DNA of 64,000 nt from Macrostomum hystrix (GCA_950097015.1 CATNEN010000035.1:1364001-1428000); one strand, 5' to 3'; positions 51,165 through 63,662 are shown, counted from the first letter of the stretch. Notes: generated by a model from the sequence alone, not told the origin. Program-made: numbers and translations.

Positions 51165-53570
51165 AAACCAAATCTCCTCCCTGGAAGCTACACCTCCTCC
51201 CTGGAAGCTACACCTCTTCCTTGGAAGCTACACCTCTTCCTTGGAAGCTACACCTCTTCCTTGGAAGCTGCACCTCCTCCCTGGAAGCTACACCTCCTCC
51301 CTGGAAGCTACACCTCCTCCCTGGAAGCTACATTTCCTCCCTGGAAGCTACATTTCCTCCCTGGAAGCTACACCTCCTCCCTGGAAGCTACACCTCCTCC
51401 CTGGAAGCTTCACCTCTTCCTTGGAAGCTACACCTCCCTGGAAGCTACACCCCTCCCTGGAAGCTGCACCTCCTCCCTGGAAGCTACACCTCCTCCCTGG
51501 AAGCTACATTTCCTCCCTGGAAGCTACATTTCCTCCCTGGAAGCTACACCTCCTCCCTGGAAGCTACACCTCCTCCCTGGAAGCTTCACCTCTTCCTTGG
51601 AAGCTACACCTCCCTGGAAGCTACACCCCTCCCTGGAAGCTACACCTCTTCCTTGGAAGCTACACCTCTTCCTTGGAAGCTACATCGCCTCCCTGGAAGC
51701 TACACCTCCTCCCTGGAAGCTACACCTCCTCCCTGGAAGCTTCACCTCTTCCTTGGAAGCTACACCTCCCTGGAAGCTACACCCCTCCCTGGAAGCTACA
51801 CCTCTTCCTTGGAAGCTACACCTCTTCCTTGGAAGCTACACCTCTTCCTTGGAAGCTACATCGCCTCCCTGGAAGCTACACCTCCTCCCTGGAAGCTACA
51901 TCGCCTCCCTGGAAGCTACACCGCCTCCCTGGAAGCTACACCTCCTCCCTTGAAGCTACACCTCTTCCTTGGAAGCTACACCGCCTCCCTGGAAGCTACA
52001 CCGCCTCCCTGGAAGCTGCACCTCCTCCCTGGAAGCTACACCTCCTCCCTGGAAGCTACATTTCCTCCCTGGAAGCTACATTTCCTCCCTGGAAGCTACA
52101 CCCCCTCCCTGGAAGCTACACCGCCTCCCTGGATGCTGCACCTCCTCCCTGGAAGCTACACCTCTTCCTTGGAAGCTACACCTCTTCCTTGGAAGCTACA
52201 CCTCTTCCTTGGAAGCTACATCGCCTCCCTGGAAGCTACACCTCCTCCCTGGAAGCTACATCGCCTCCCTGGAAGCTACACCGCCTCCCTGGAAGCTACA
52301 CCTCCTCCCTTGAAGCTACACCTCTTCCTTGGAAGATACACCCCCTCCCTGGAAGCTACACCGCCTCTCTGGAAGCTACACCTCTTCCTTGGAAGCTACA
52401 CCTCTTCCTTGGAAGCTACATCGCCTCCCTGGAAGCTACACCTCCTCCCTGGAAGCTACATCGCCTCCCTGGAAGCTACACCGCCTCCCTGGAAGCTACA
52501 CCTCCTCCCTTGAAGCTACACCTCTTCCTTGGAAGATACACCCCCTCCCTGGAAGCTACACCGCCTCTCTGGAAGCTATACCTCTTCCTTGGAAGCTACA
52601 CCCCTCCCTGGAAGCTACACCGCCTCTCTGGAAGCTACACCGCCTCCCTGGAAGCTACACCTCCTCTCTGGAAGCTACACCCCCACCCAGGAAGCTACAC
52701 CTCCTCCCTGGAAGCTACACCTCCTCCCTGTAAGCTACACCTCCTCCCTGGAAGCTACACCGCCTCCCTGGAAGCTACACCGCCTCCCTGGAAGCTACAC
52801 CTCCTCCCTGGAAGCTACACCGCCTCCCTGGAAGCTACACCGCCTCCCTGGAAGCTACACCTCCTCCCTGTAAGCTACACCTCCTCCCTGGAAGCTACAC
52901 CGCCTCCCTGGAAGCTACACCGCCTCCCTGGAAGCTACACCGCCTCCCTGGAAGCTGCACCTCCTCCCTGGAAGCTACACCTCCTCCCTTGAAGCTACAC
53001 CTCTTCCTTGGAAGATACACCCCCTCCCTGGAAGCTACACCGCCTCTCTGGAAGCTATACCTCTTCCTTGGAAGCTACACCCCTCCCTGGAAGCTACACC
53101 GCCTCTCTGGAAGCTACACCGCCTCCCTGGAAGCTACACCTCCTCTCTGGAAGCTACACCCCCACCCAGGAAGCTACACCTCCTCCCTGGAAGCTACACC
53201 TCCTCCCTGTAAGCTACACCTCCTCCCTGTAAGCTACACCTCCTCCCTGGAAGCTACACCGCCTCCCTGGAAGCTACACCGCCTCCCTGGAAGCTACACC
53301 GCCTCCCTGGAAGCTGCACCTCCTCCCTGGAAGCTACACCTCCTCCCTGGAAGCTACATTTCCTCCCTGGAAGCTACATTTCCTCCCTGGAAGCTACACC
53401 TCCTCCCTGGAAGCTACACCGCCTCCCTGGATGCTGCACCTCCTTCCTGGAAGCTACACCTCCTCCCTGGAAGCTACACCCCTCCCTGGAAGCTACACCT
53501 CTTCCTTGGAAGCTACATCGCCTCCCTGGAAGCTACACCTCCTCCCTGGAAGCTACATCGCCTCCCTGGA
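51165..53570. repeat. 20-bp minisatellite (CTGGAAGCTACACCTCCTCC), ~120 copies
   Basis: Visible tandem units. Confidence 0.97.
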
Positions 53571-54874
53571 AATTTTACCATCTAGATAAAAGCCACGTCT
53601 CTTTAGAAACTGTCCTCACCAAAGTGACACGGTTAATTTGGAAGTCTCAGTTTCTCCTTCCGGAAATATTAATGCTTCTATGGATGTCTACCTGCCTGCC
53701 CGGAAGCCACCAAGCCTTTCTCAGCTTAGTTATTTCGAGTAGACTGCATTTGAAGTATATTTTTAAGTCTGTGTATCATTCAATTCTATACTTTTATTTT
53801 TTGGCACCTCATCATTTTTTCTTACCCAACACAATTCTTAGTTATTGGGTTATGTTACAAAAACATTTGATCTTGTAACTCGTTTAATCCAGTGTACTAT
53901 TTTGTTCACCAATTCAAAGTACTTTAGCATAGCTGATATTGAGATAGAAGTATTTTAAGTGAAGCACTCTTTAGTGTCTACCACATATAGAGCATACAGG
54001 CGCTGTTTCATAGTCCAACAAAATTCTAACTGTTATTCATGGGTTTGAACTAACAGGCCCTCCAACAAGGATCTATCATAAATATCTAAGCTACTAGGAG
54101 TATATTAAAACAGCAAAAAGCCATTTTAAAGCTACTTGATAGCTACGGTCAATACTCGGGTGTGGCTGATGGCACCAAATCTCACATCTGATTGACAGGT
54201 TGTTGAAATGTTAGAGATAATGGCCTTGATTTAGCGTAATGCAGAATTTATACCTTTTATAGACTGTTGTTAAAAACTCTAATAAAAACTGTTACTTGTT
54301 ACTTGTAATTTGTTTTTTTTCTAAAGTACATTGTTTAGTAAATATCACCCGTAAAGTGTTTGAATGTAAATTTATTTAATTATAGCCTTGCACAGTAAAC
54401 GAACTAGAACTATTCAAAAAACAAAGAAAAAGCTAGTCCTTGCAATTTTGTTATACCACTGTACTGTTTGCTTAGGAAACAAGAGGAAAAACGATTAGCA
54501 TTCTCTTCATACTACTTACGGCAACAGAAGCAACATCAAACATAGATAAATAGTCAAGTAGTATGAAGCGAATGCGGCGCATTGGTTTCAACTTCTCTCA
54601 CGAGTAAACCTCGAGTAAGGTTAACTTACTGCACAAATAAGAAATAAATTCAACTATCCGATTATTCGTGCTAGGCTGAATAAAAAATCTTAGGCCATAA
54701 AGACTAGGCAATACAGTAGAATTTAAGGAGTACACAAGGGTACATGTGTATGGCATCCTCATATATGGCTAGCAAAGAATAAATCAATTAAATTGTTTTG
54801 TCATGAATCTTTTGCAATACCAGCAAAACACTAAATAGCTTTTGAAAGCTTTTAACTGCTTAGCTTTAATAAAA

Positions 54875-55160
54875 GATGTACTTTTATTGTATCTCCGCTG
54901 AGAACTGCCCATGATTTATGTACTTTAGTGAGTTACCGCTGAGAATAGCCGATGTACTTTAATTATATCTCCGCTGAGAACTGCCCATGATGTACTTTAT
55001 TGAGTTACCACTGAGAATAGCCGATGTACTTTTATTGTATCTACGCTGAGAACTGCCCATGATGTACTTTAGTGAGTTACCGCTGAGAATAGCCGATGTA
55101 CTTTTATTGTATCTACGCTGAGAACTGCCCATGATGTACTTTATAGAGTTACCGCTGATA
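54875..55160. repeat. Alternating ~35-40-bp repeat (GATGTACTTT...GCTGAGAA)
   Basis: Visible, about 7 units in two alternating variants. Confidence 0.85.
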
Positions 55161-55316
55161 TCCTAATTTCAAATTATCCCATATGTTATATTATTCTACT
55201 CGAAAATCAAACATTCAAACAATAAAACATCAAACGGCATTCAAAAACTGCAGCTGCAGAAGAAGCTAGGCTAAATTAGACACGCGATCTGGTCCGTCAG
55301 ACACGGGGCAACTCAT

Positions 55317-55643
55317 TTACTGCTCCGAGGGCTTGTCGTCAACACTGGCAGCGCTAGCCAGACTTTGAAGCGCGGCGCGAACCTCTTCAACGCAGCTGGA
55401 TCGATCAATGAGTCGCTCCTCGCGACTGGCGGTCAATCGCAGCTTGACTTTGTTATCTCGAAGCTCAGACTCGCCCAGAATGAGGGCGACTGGCACGCCG
55501 GTCTCTTCGCAGTATTGAAACTGAGTCAGCAGCTTGGGATTCTTGCGCAACGAATGGGCGGCGCGAACACCGCCGCGCCACAGCTGGCCGCACAGGCGGA
55601 GGCGCTCATCGAGCAGGTTCTTCTGGGCGCTGCACACGTACAC
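55317..55643 (-). CDS. HARS: Histidyl-tRNA synthetase, exon 4/4 (anticodon-binding domain)
   Basis: ctag|GTG; encodes VYVCSAQKNLLDERL...QFQYCEETGVPVALILGESEL; stop at 55317. Confidence 0.93.
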   Translation of the reverse strand: MYVCSAQKNLLDERLRLCGQLWRGGVRAAHSLRKNPKLLTQFQYCEETGVPVALILGESELRDNKVKLRLTASREERLIDRSSCVEEVRAALQSLASAASVDDKPSEQ

Positions 55644-55669
55644 CTAGATTGCACGGCATGGGCGGCATG

Positions 55670-58021
55670 TGGGTGGGGTAGACAGAGGATGTGGGTGGGG
55701 TAGACAGAGGATGTGGGTGCGGAGGATGGAGGATATGGGTAGGGTAGATTTGAGTATGTAAGTGGGGATGTGGGGATGATTTGAGTATGATTGAGGATGT
55801 GGGTGGGGTAGACTAAGGATGTGGGAGGGGTAGACTGAGGATGTGGGTGGGGTAGACTAAGGATGTGGGAGGGGTAGACTGAGGATGTGGGTGGGGTAGA
55901 CTGAGGATGTGGGAGGGGTAGACTGAGGATGTGGGAGGGGTAGACTAAGGATGTGGGTGGGGTAGACTAAGGATGTGGGAGGGGTAGATTGAGGATACGG
56001 GAGGGGTAGATTGAGGATACGGGAGGGGTAGATTGAGGATGTGGGTGGGGTAGATTGAGGATGTGGGAGGGGTAGATTGAGGATACGGGAGGGGTAGATT
56101 GAGGATGTGGGAGGGGTAGATTGAGGATGTGGGAGGGGTAGATTGAGGATGTGGGAGGGGTAGATTGAGGATGTGGGTGGGGTAGACTAAGGATGTGGGA
56201 GGGGTAGATTGAGGATACGGGAGGGGTAGATTGAGGATACGGGAGGGGTAGATTGAGGATGTGGGAGGGGTAGATTGAGGATGTGGGAGGGGTAGATTGA
56301 GGATACGGGAGGGGTAGATTGAGGATGTGGGAGGGGTAGATTGAGGATGTGGGAGGGGTAGATTGAGGATGTGGGAGGGGTAGACTAAGGATGTGGGAGG
56401 GGTAGACTAAGGATGTGGGTGGGGTAGACTAAGGATGTGGGAGGGGTAGACTGAGGATGTGGGAGGGGTAGACTGAGGATGTGGGTGGGGTAGACTAAGG
56501 ATGTGGGAGGGGTAGACTGAGGATGTGGGTGGGGTAGATTGAGGATGTGGGTGGGGTAGACTGAGGATGTGGGAGGGGTAGATTGAGGATACGGGAGGGG
56601 TAGATTGAGGATACGGGAGGGGTAGATTGAGGATGTGGGAGGGGTAGATTGAGGATGTGGGAGGGGTAGATTGAGGATGTGGGAGGGGTAGATTGAGGAT
56701 ACGGGAGGGGTAGATTGAGGATGTGGGAGGGGTAGATTGAGGATGTGGGAGGGGTAGATTGAGGATGTGGGAGGGGTAGATTGAGGATGTGGGTGGGGTA
56801 GATTGAGGATACGGGAGGGGTAGATTGAGGATACGGGAGGGGTAGATTGAGGATGTGGGTGGGGTAGATTGAGGATGTGGGTGGGGTAGATTGAGGATAC
56901 GGGAGGGGTAGATTGAGGATGTGGGAGGGGTAGATTGAGGATGTGGGAGGGGTAGATTGAGGATACGGGAGGGGTAGATTGAGGATGTGGGAGGGGTAGA
57001 TTGAGGATACGGGAGGGGTAGATTGAGGATACGGGAGGGGTAGATTGAGGATACGGGAGGGGTAGATTGAGGATGTGGGAGGGGTAGATTGAGGATACGG
57101 GAGGGGTAGATTGAGGATACGGGAGGGGTAGATTGAGGATGTGGGAGGGGTAGATTGAGGATACGGGAGGGGTAGATTGAGGATACGGGAGGGGTAGATT
57201 GAGGATGTGGGAGGGGTAGATTGAGGATGTGGGAGGGGTAGATTGAGGATACGGGAGGGGTAGATTGAGGATGTGGGAGGGGTAGATTGAGGATGTGGGA
57301 GGGGTAGATTGAGGATGTGGGAGGGGTAGATTGAGGATGTGGGTGGGGTAGATTGAGGATACGGGAGGGGTAGATTGAGGATGTGGGTGGGGTAGATTGA
57401 GGATGTGGGTGGGGTAGATTGAGGATACGGGAGGGGTAGATTGAGGATGTGGGAGGGGTAGATTGAGGATGTGGGAGGGGTAGATTGAGGATACGGGAGG
57501 GGTAGATTGAGGATGTGGGAGGGGTAGATTGAGGATGTGGGAGGGGTAGATTGAGGATACGGGAGGGGTAGATTGAGGATGTGGGAGGGGTAGATTGAGG
57601 ATGTGGGAGGGGTAGATTGAGGATGTGGGAGGGGTAGATTGAGGATGTGGGTGGGGTAGATTGAGGATACGGGAGGGGTAGATTGAGGATGTGGGAGGGG
57701 TAGATTGAGGATGTGGGTGGGGTAGATTGAGGATACGGGAGGGGTAGATTGAGGATGTGGGAGGGGTAGATTGAGGATGTGGGAGGGGTAGATTGAGGAT
57801 ACGGGAGGGGTAGATTGAGGATGTGGGAGGGGTAGATTGAGGATGTGGGTGGGGTAGATTGAGGATGTGGGAGGGGTAGATTGAGGATGTGGGAGGGGTA
57901 GATTGAGGATGTGGGAGGGGTAGATTGAGGATACGGGAGGGGTAGATTGAGGATGTGGGAGGGGTAGATTGAGGATACGGGAGGGGTAGATTGAGGATGT
58001 GGGAGGGGTAGATTGAGGATC
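55670..58021. repeat. 22-bp G-rich minisatellite (GAGGATGTGGGAGGGGTAGATT), ~100 copies, HARS intron 3
   Basis: Visible tandem units. Confidence 0.97.
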
Positions 58022-58058
58022 TGACAGTCCAAGAGATGGCAAGCCCAGTTCCACTCAC

Positions 58059-58385
58059 CTCGGTGGTAGTGGTCCTAATCTTCTGTTTAGACTTTTGCAT
58101 CTGTTCCAGTATGGTGAAGAGGCGTTCAACGCCGATGCTCAGCCCAACGCAGGGAATGTCCTTCTTAGTGAACATGCCGACTAATTTATCGTACCGACCA
58201 CCGCCGGCAACGCTGCCGACGGTGACGCTGCAGTCGGGCGTTGGCTCCAGCACAGCTTCGTAGATCAGGCCGGTGTAATAGTCGAGGCCGCGGGCCAGAC
58301 TCAGGTCGAATCGGACTCGATCGGGACAGCCAATCAGTTGCAGGTAGTGAAACAGCAGCTTCATATCGTCTAGGGCTTGCGTCAC
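58059..58385 (-). CDS. HARS: Histidyl-tRNA synthetase, exon 3/4
   Basis: ctcag|GTG ... GAG|gtgagt; encodes [33 protein letters not shown] and [11 protein letters not shown]. Confidence 0.96.
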
Positions 58386-58539
58386 CTGAGCGGATGCGGT
58401 AGATTGAGGATCAATCAAAGAAGAGTAATCGATTCGCCCGAGTTGCGAATCTGAAGTACTGATGAAGTTTAGTCTAATCCATAGAGCCGATCAATCACAA
58501 ACACACACCATATATTATTAAGCCCATGCTGACCAATCA

Positions 58540-60170
58540 CAGACCACACAATCTTAAACCTAATCTGACCGATCAGAAACAGTATATTGCGAAACCAATT
58601 CTGACAAATCAGAAACAGTGTATTGCGAAACCTGATCTGACCAATCAGAAACAGTGTATTGCGAAACCTGATCTGACCAATCAGCAACAGTGTATTGCGA
58701 AACCAATTCTGACAAATCAGAAACAGTGTATTGCGAAACCTGATCTGACCAATCAGAAACAGTGTATTGCGAAACCAATTCTGACAAATCAGAAACAGTG
58801 TATTGCGAAACCTGATCTGACCAATCAGAAACAGTGTATTGCGAAACCAATTCTGACAAATCAGAAACAGTGTATTGCGAAACCTGATCTGACCAATCAG
58901 AAACAGTGTATTGCGAAACCTGATCTGACCAATCAGAAACAGTGTTTTGCGAAACCTGATCTGACCAATCAGAAACAGTGTATTGCGAAACCCAATCTGA
59001 CCAATCAGAAACAGTGTATTGCGAAACCTGATCTGACCAATCAGAAACAGTGTATTGCGAAACCAATTCTGACAAATCAGAAACAGTGTATTGCGAAACC
59101 TGATCTGACCAATCAGAAACAGTGTATTGCGAAACCAATTCTGACAAATCAGAAACAGTGTATTGCGAAACCTGATCTGACCAATCAGAAACAGTGTATT
59201 GCGAAACCTGATCTGACCAATCAGAAACAGTGTATTGCGAAACCTAATCTGACCAATCAGAAACAGTGTATTGCGAAACCTGATCTGACCAATCAGAAAC
59301 AGTGCATTGCGAAACCTGATCTGACCAATCAGAAACAGTGTATTGCGAAACCCAATCTGACCAATCAGAAACAGTGTATTGCGAAACCTGATCTGACCAA
59401 TCAGAAACAGTGTATTGCGAAACCAATTCTGACAAATCAGAAACAGTGTATTGCGAAACCTGATCTGACCAATCAGAAACAGTGTATTGCGAAACCTGAT
59501 CTGACCAATCAGAAACAGTGTATTGCGAAACCTGATCTGACCAATCAGAAACAGTGTATTGCGAAACCTGATCTGACCAATCAGAAACAGTGTATTGCGA
59601 AACCTGATCTGACCAATCAGAAACAGTGTATTGCGAAACCTGATCTGACCAATCAGAAACAGTGTATTGCGAAACCTGATCTGACCAATCAGAAACAGTG
59701 TATTGCGAAACCTGATCTGACCAATCAGAAACAGTGTATTGCGAAACCAATTCTGACAAATCAGAAACAGTGTATTGCGAAACCTGATCTGACCAATCAG
59801 AAACAGTGTATTGCGAAACCTGATCTGACCAATCAGAAACAGTGCATTGCGAAACCCAATCTGACCAATCAGAAACAGTGTATTGCGAAACCTGATCTGA
59901 CCAATCAGAAACAGTGTATTGCGAAACCTAATCTGACCAATCAGAAACAGTGCATTGCGAAACCTAATCTGACCAATCAGAAACAGTGCATTGCGAAACC
60001 TAATCTGACCAATCAGAAACAGTGCATTGCGAAACTCAATCTGACCAATCAGAAACAGTGCATTGCGAAACTCAATCTGACCAATCAGAAAACGTACATC
60101 TCTAAACGCAATCTGACCAATAAAAAAACTATTATGCCTAAACACATTCTGACCAATCAGAAAACGTGCA
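58540..60170. repeat. 36-bp minisatellite (TATTGCGAAACCTGATCTGACCAATCAGAAACAGTG), ~45 copies, HARS intron 2
   Basis: Visible tandem units. Confidence 0.97.
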
Positions 60171-60207
60171 TTAAAAAGTTACTAGAAAAGCACAGAGCGC
60201 GAATTAC

Positions 60208-60693
60208 CATTTTATTTCCAGCTAGAGTCTGATTGGTCCGCAGCTGGTCAACAAGATCGGCACCGCCGCTAGGTATCAGCACCAGCTGCTTGATCTGTTC
60301 AATTGGCTCTGGACTGAGGCCTTTGTCGGACATCTCTTTGGCCACCTCTTCCCAGGTGCTCTTGTCTAGCTTGTCCACAGCCGAACAGATAGGCCTAAAT
60401 AGAGACTCGGGTACGCCGCAGCATTGAAATATGCCGTCCAATAGGAGGCGATGATTAACCCTGACGGTATAGTTGGACAATCCCAAGCTGGACAGTACCT
60501 CGGTTACTATCAGGACACACTCGGAGTCCGCAAGCATCGGCTCCGACTCTCCGGCAATATCGAAATCGCACTGGTAAAATTCTCGATAGCGGCCCCGAGT
60601 CATGGCCGGCTGGTCGCGCCTGTAGACCGCGCCAATCTGGTAGCGGCGCATCGACTGCAGCTTGTTCATGGCCACGTAGCGAGCGAATGGCAC
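60208..60693 (-). CDS. HARS: Histidyl-tRNA synthetase, exon 2/4
   Basis: cgcag|GTG ... ATG|gtaatt; encodes VPFARY...YRRDQPAMTRGRYREFYQCDFDIAG and VNHRLLLDG...AVDKLDK. Confidence 0.96.
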
Positions 60694-60759
60694 CTGCGCG
60701 TTGGATGCCACGATTCTCACGGGATTAACTAATGCACAATGTTGGGATTATCAAGTTGA

Positions 60760-61305
60760 TTAACAGGATGTTAGGTTGTCAACTTGATCTTGTGATGGGA
60801 TTGTCAACTTGATTCTTGAGGATTCTAATGAGATTGTCAACTTCATTCCTGAGGATTCTAATGAGATTGTCAACTTGATTCTTGAGGATTCTAATGGGAT
60901 TGTCAACTTGATTCCTGAGGATTCTAATGGGATTGTCAACTTGATTCCTGAGGATTCTAATGGGATTGTCAACTTGATTCCTGAGGATTCTAATGAGATT
61001 GTCAACTTCATTCCTGAGGATTCTAATGAGATTGACGACTTGATTCCTGAGGATTCTAATGGGATTGTCAACTTGATTCCTGAGGATTCTAATGGGGATT
61101 GTCGACTTGATTCCTGAGGATTCTAATGAGATTGTCAACTTGATTCTTGAGGATACTAATGGGATTGTCAACTTGATTCCTGAGGATTCTAATGAGATTG
61201 TCAACTTGATTCCTGAGGATTCTAATGAGATTGTCAACTTGATTCTTGAGGATACTAATGGGATTGTCAACTTGATTCCTTAGGATTCTAATGGGATTGT
61301 GAAGT
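60760..61305. repeat. 33-bp minisatellite (GAGGATTCTAATGGGATTGTCAACTTGATTCCT), HARS intron 1
   Basis: Visible tandem units. Confidence 0.95.
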
Positions 61306-61367
61306 TGGTCTTGGGGATTTAGTTGCGAATAATCTTTGAGGATCTAATGAAACTATTGCCAGCTCAC

Positions 61368-61709
61368 AGTGAGATCGTATCGCAGACTGAGCAGCTCTCC
61401 GCCCTGATCAGCGATGTCGTAGATGAGCTTGGAATCTTCTCCGTATTTTCCAGTGAGGACCTCCTTCAATTCGGCGCCAGGCGTTTCAAGACACTCAGCG
61501 TCGTGACTTTTGAATATGCGAACAATTTTTTGCAGCACATCCTCCCTCACTGCCATCTGTACAGGCGTGCGATCCTGCATTCCTTTTGGCACTTTCAGTA
61601 CAATCTTAGGGCGCGACTGCTGCTGCTGTTGATGCTTATCCTTATCGACAGCTGCGGCGCGCGGCGCCACCTGAGCCTCATTAGCTTCAGCTACTGCGTC
61701 GCTAGACAT
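61368..61709 (-). CDS. HARS: Histidyl-tRNA synthetase, exon 1/4
   Basis: ATG at 61709; encodes LKVPKGMQD...[28 protein letters not shown]; donor ACT|gtgagc. Total 1482 nt, 493 aa. Confidence 0.93.
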
Positions 61710-61884
61710 TGCTCGTCGAAAAAAAGTATTTAAATTTAACGAAGTCGACGGTCCTACAAATCTATATGTGATGACCGCCTTGCTGAGCAGGCTAGATAGG
61801 CTCAGTGTTTTAGCTATAATTGCTGAAATATTGAAACAAATGCATTGATTGTTAACCAATTTATGTGATTTATTATGCTTTTCA

Positions 61885-62040
61885 GGATCTGGGGGTAGGA
61901 TGCCTCACCTGAGAATCTGGGAGTAGGATGCCTCACCTGAGAATCTGGGAGTAGGATGCCTCACCTGAGGATCTGGGAGTAGGATGCCTCACCTGAGGAT
62001 CTGGGAGTAGGATGCCTCACCTGAGGATCTGGAAGTAGGA
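61885..62040. repeat. 28-bp repeat (GGATCTGGGAGTAGGATGCCTCACCTGA)
   Basis: About 5 visible units. Confidence 0.92.
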
Positions 62041-62059
62041 TGACTCAACTAATGATTTG

Positions 62060-63180
62060 AGATGGTTCTTGGATCATCCTGAGGATCTGGGATGGTTCTT
62101 GGATCATCCTGAGGATCTGGGATTGTTCTTGGATCATCCTGAGGATCTGGGATGGTTCTTGGATCATCCTGAGGATCTGGGATGGTTCTTGGATCATCCT
62201 GAGGATCTGGGATGGTTCTTGGATCATCCTGAGGATCTGGGATGGTTCTTGGATCATCCTGAGGATCTGGGATGGTTCTTGGATCATCCTGAGGATCTGG
62301 GATGGTTCTTGGATCATCCTGAGGATCTGGGATGGTTCTTGGATCATCCTGAGGATCTGGGGTGGTTCTTGGATCATCCTGAGGATCTGGGATGGTTCTT
62401 GGATCATCCTGAGGATCTGGGATGGTTCTTGGATCATCCTGAGGATCTGGGGTGGTTCTTGGATCATCCTGAGGATCTGGGATGGTTCTTGGATCATCCT
62501 GAGGATCTGGGATGGTTCTTGGATCATCCTGATGATCTGGGATGGTTCTTGGATCATCCTGAGGATCTGGGATGGTTCTTGGATCATCCTGAGGATCTGA
62601 GATGGTTCTTGGATCATCCTGAGGATCTGGGATGGTTCTTGGATCATCCTGAGGATCTGGGATGGTTCTTGGATCATCCTGAGGATCTGGGGTGGTTCTT
62701 GGATCATCCTGAGGATCTGGGATGGTTCTTGGATCATCCTGAGGATCTGGGATGGTTCTTGGATCATCCTGAGGATCTGGGGTGGTTCTTGGATCATCCT
62801 GAGGATCTGGGATGGTTCTTGGATCATCCTGAGGATCTGGGATGGTTCTTGGATCATCCTGAGGATATGGGATGGTTCTTGGATCATCCTGAGGATCTGA
62901 GATGGTTCTTGGATCATCCTGAGGATCCGGGATGGTTCTTGGATCATCCTGAGGATCTGGGATGGTTCTTGGATCATCCTGAGGATCTGGGATGGTTCTT
63001 GGATCATCCTGAGGATCTGGGATGGTTCTTGGATCATCCTGAGGATCTGGGATGGTTCTTGGATCATCCTGAGGATCTGGGATGGTTCTTGGATCATCCT
63101 GAGGATCTGGGATGGTTCTTGGATCATCCTGAGGATCTGGGATGGTTCTTGGATCATCCTGAGGATTTTAGGTGCTTCTT
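62060..63180. repeat. 30-bp minisatellite (GGATGGTTCTTGGATCATCCTGAGGATCTG), ~37 copies
   Basis: Highly homogeneous tandem units. Confidence 0.97.
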
Positions 63181-63413
63181 AGATATACCATTTGTCTAAA
63201 ATAACAAAGACAAACAAAACAGAAATTCCAATCCGCCGCGAAGCTCTACACACAGAACTCTTTAACTTCTTTTGTTGCTTTTTTTGCCAATCTTTTGCAA
63301 AACGATTCGTTTACTTTAATGCTAAAACATTTTGCTATTGTTTTAGCCAGCGCGTTTTTTTTAAAACAGTTTGCAGCGAATAAAATTTATCAATCAAATG
63401 ACTGATCGATCGA

Positions 63414-63662
<249 letters not shown>

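Noticed and set aside
61750-61823. Flatworm spliced-leader terminal AUG as the start codon for the HARS extension
   Set aside because: All AG acceptors checked (exon starts 61822, 61813, 61791, 61782, 61761, 61753) are out of frame with HARS.
770-63180. CRISPR-like appearance of the 26-36-bp repeats
   Set aside because: The units are contiguous with no unique spacers, there are no cas genes, and the context is spliced eukaryotic genes.
624-63199. Long ORFs over tandem arrays (e.g. 10199-11962, 20017-20904, 22010-23740, 25532-28873, 51221-53585, 58469-60232, 62045-63199)
   Set aside because: They are periodic translations of stop-poor repeat units, open in several frames and strands, with no domain content.
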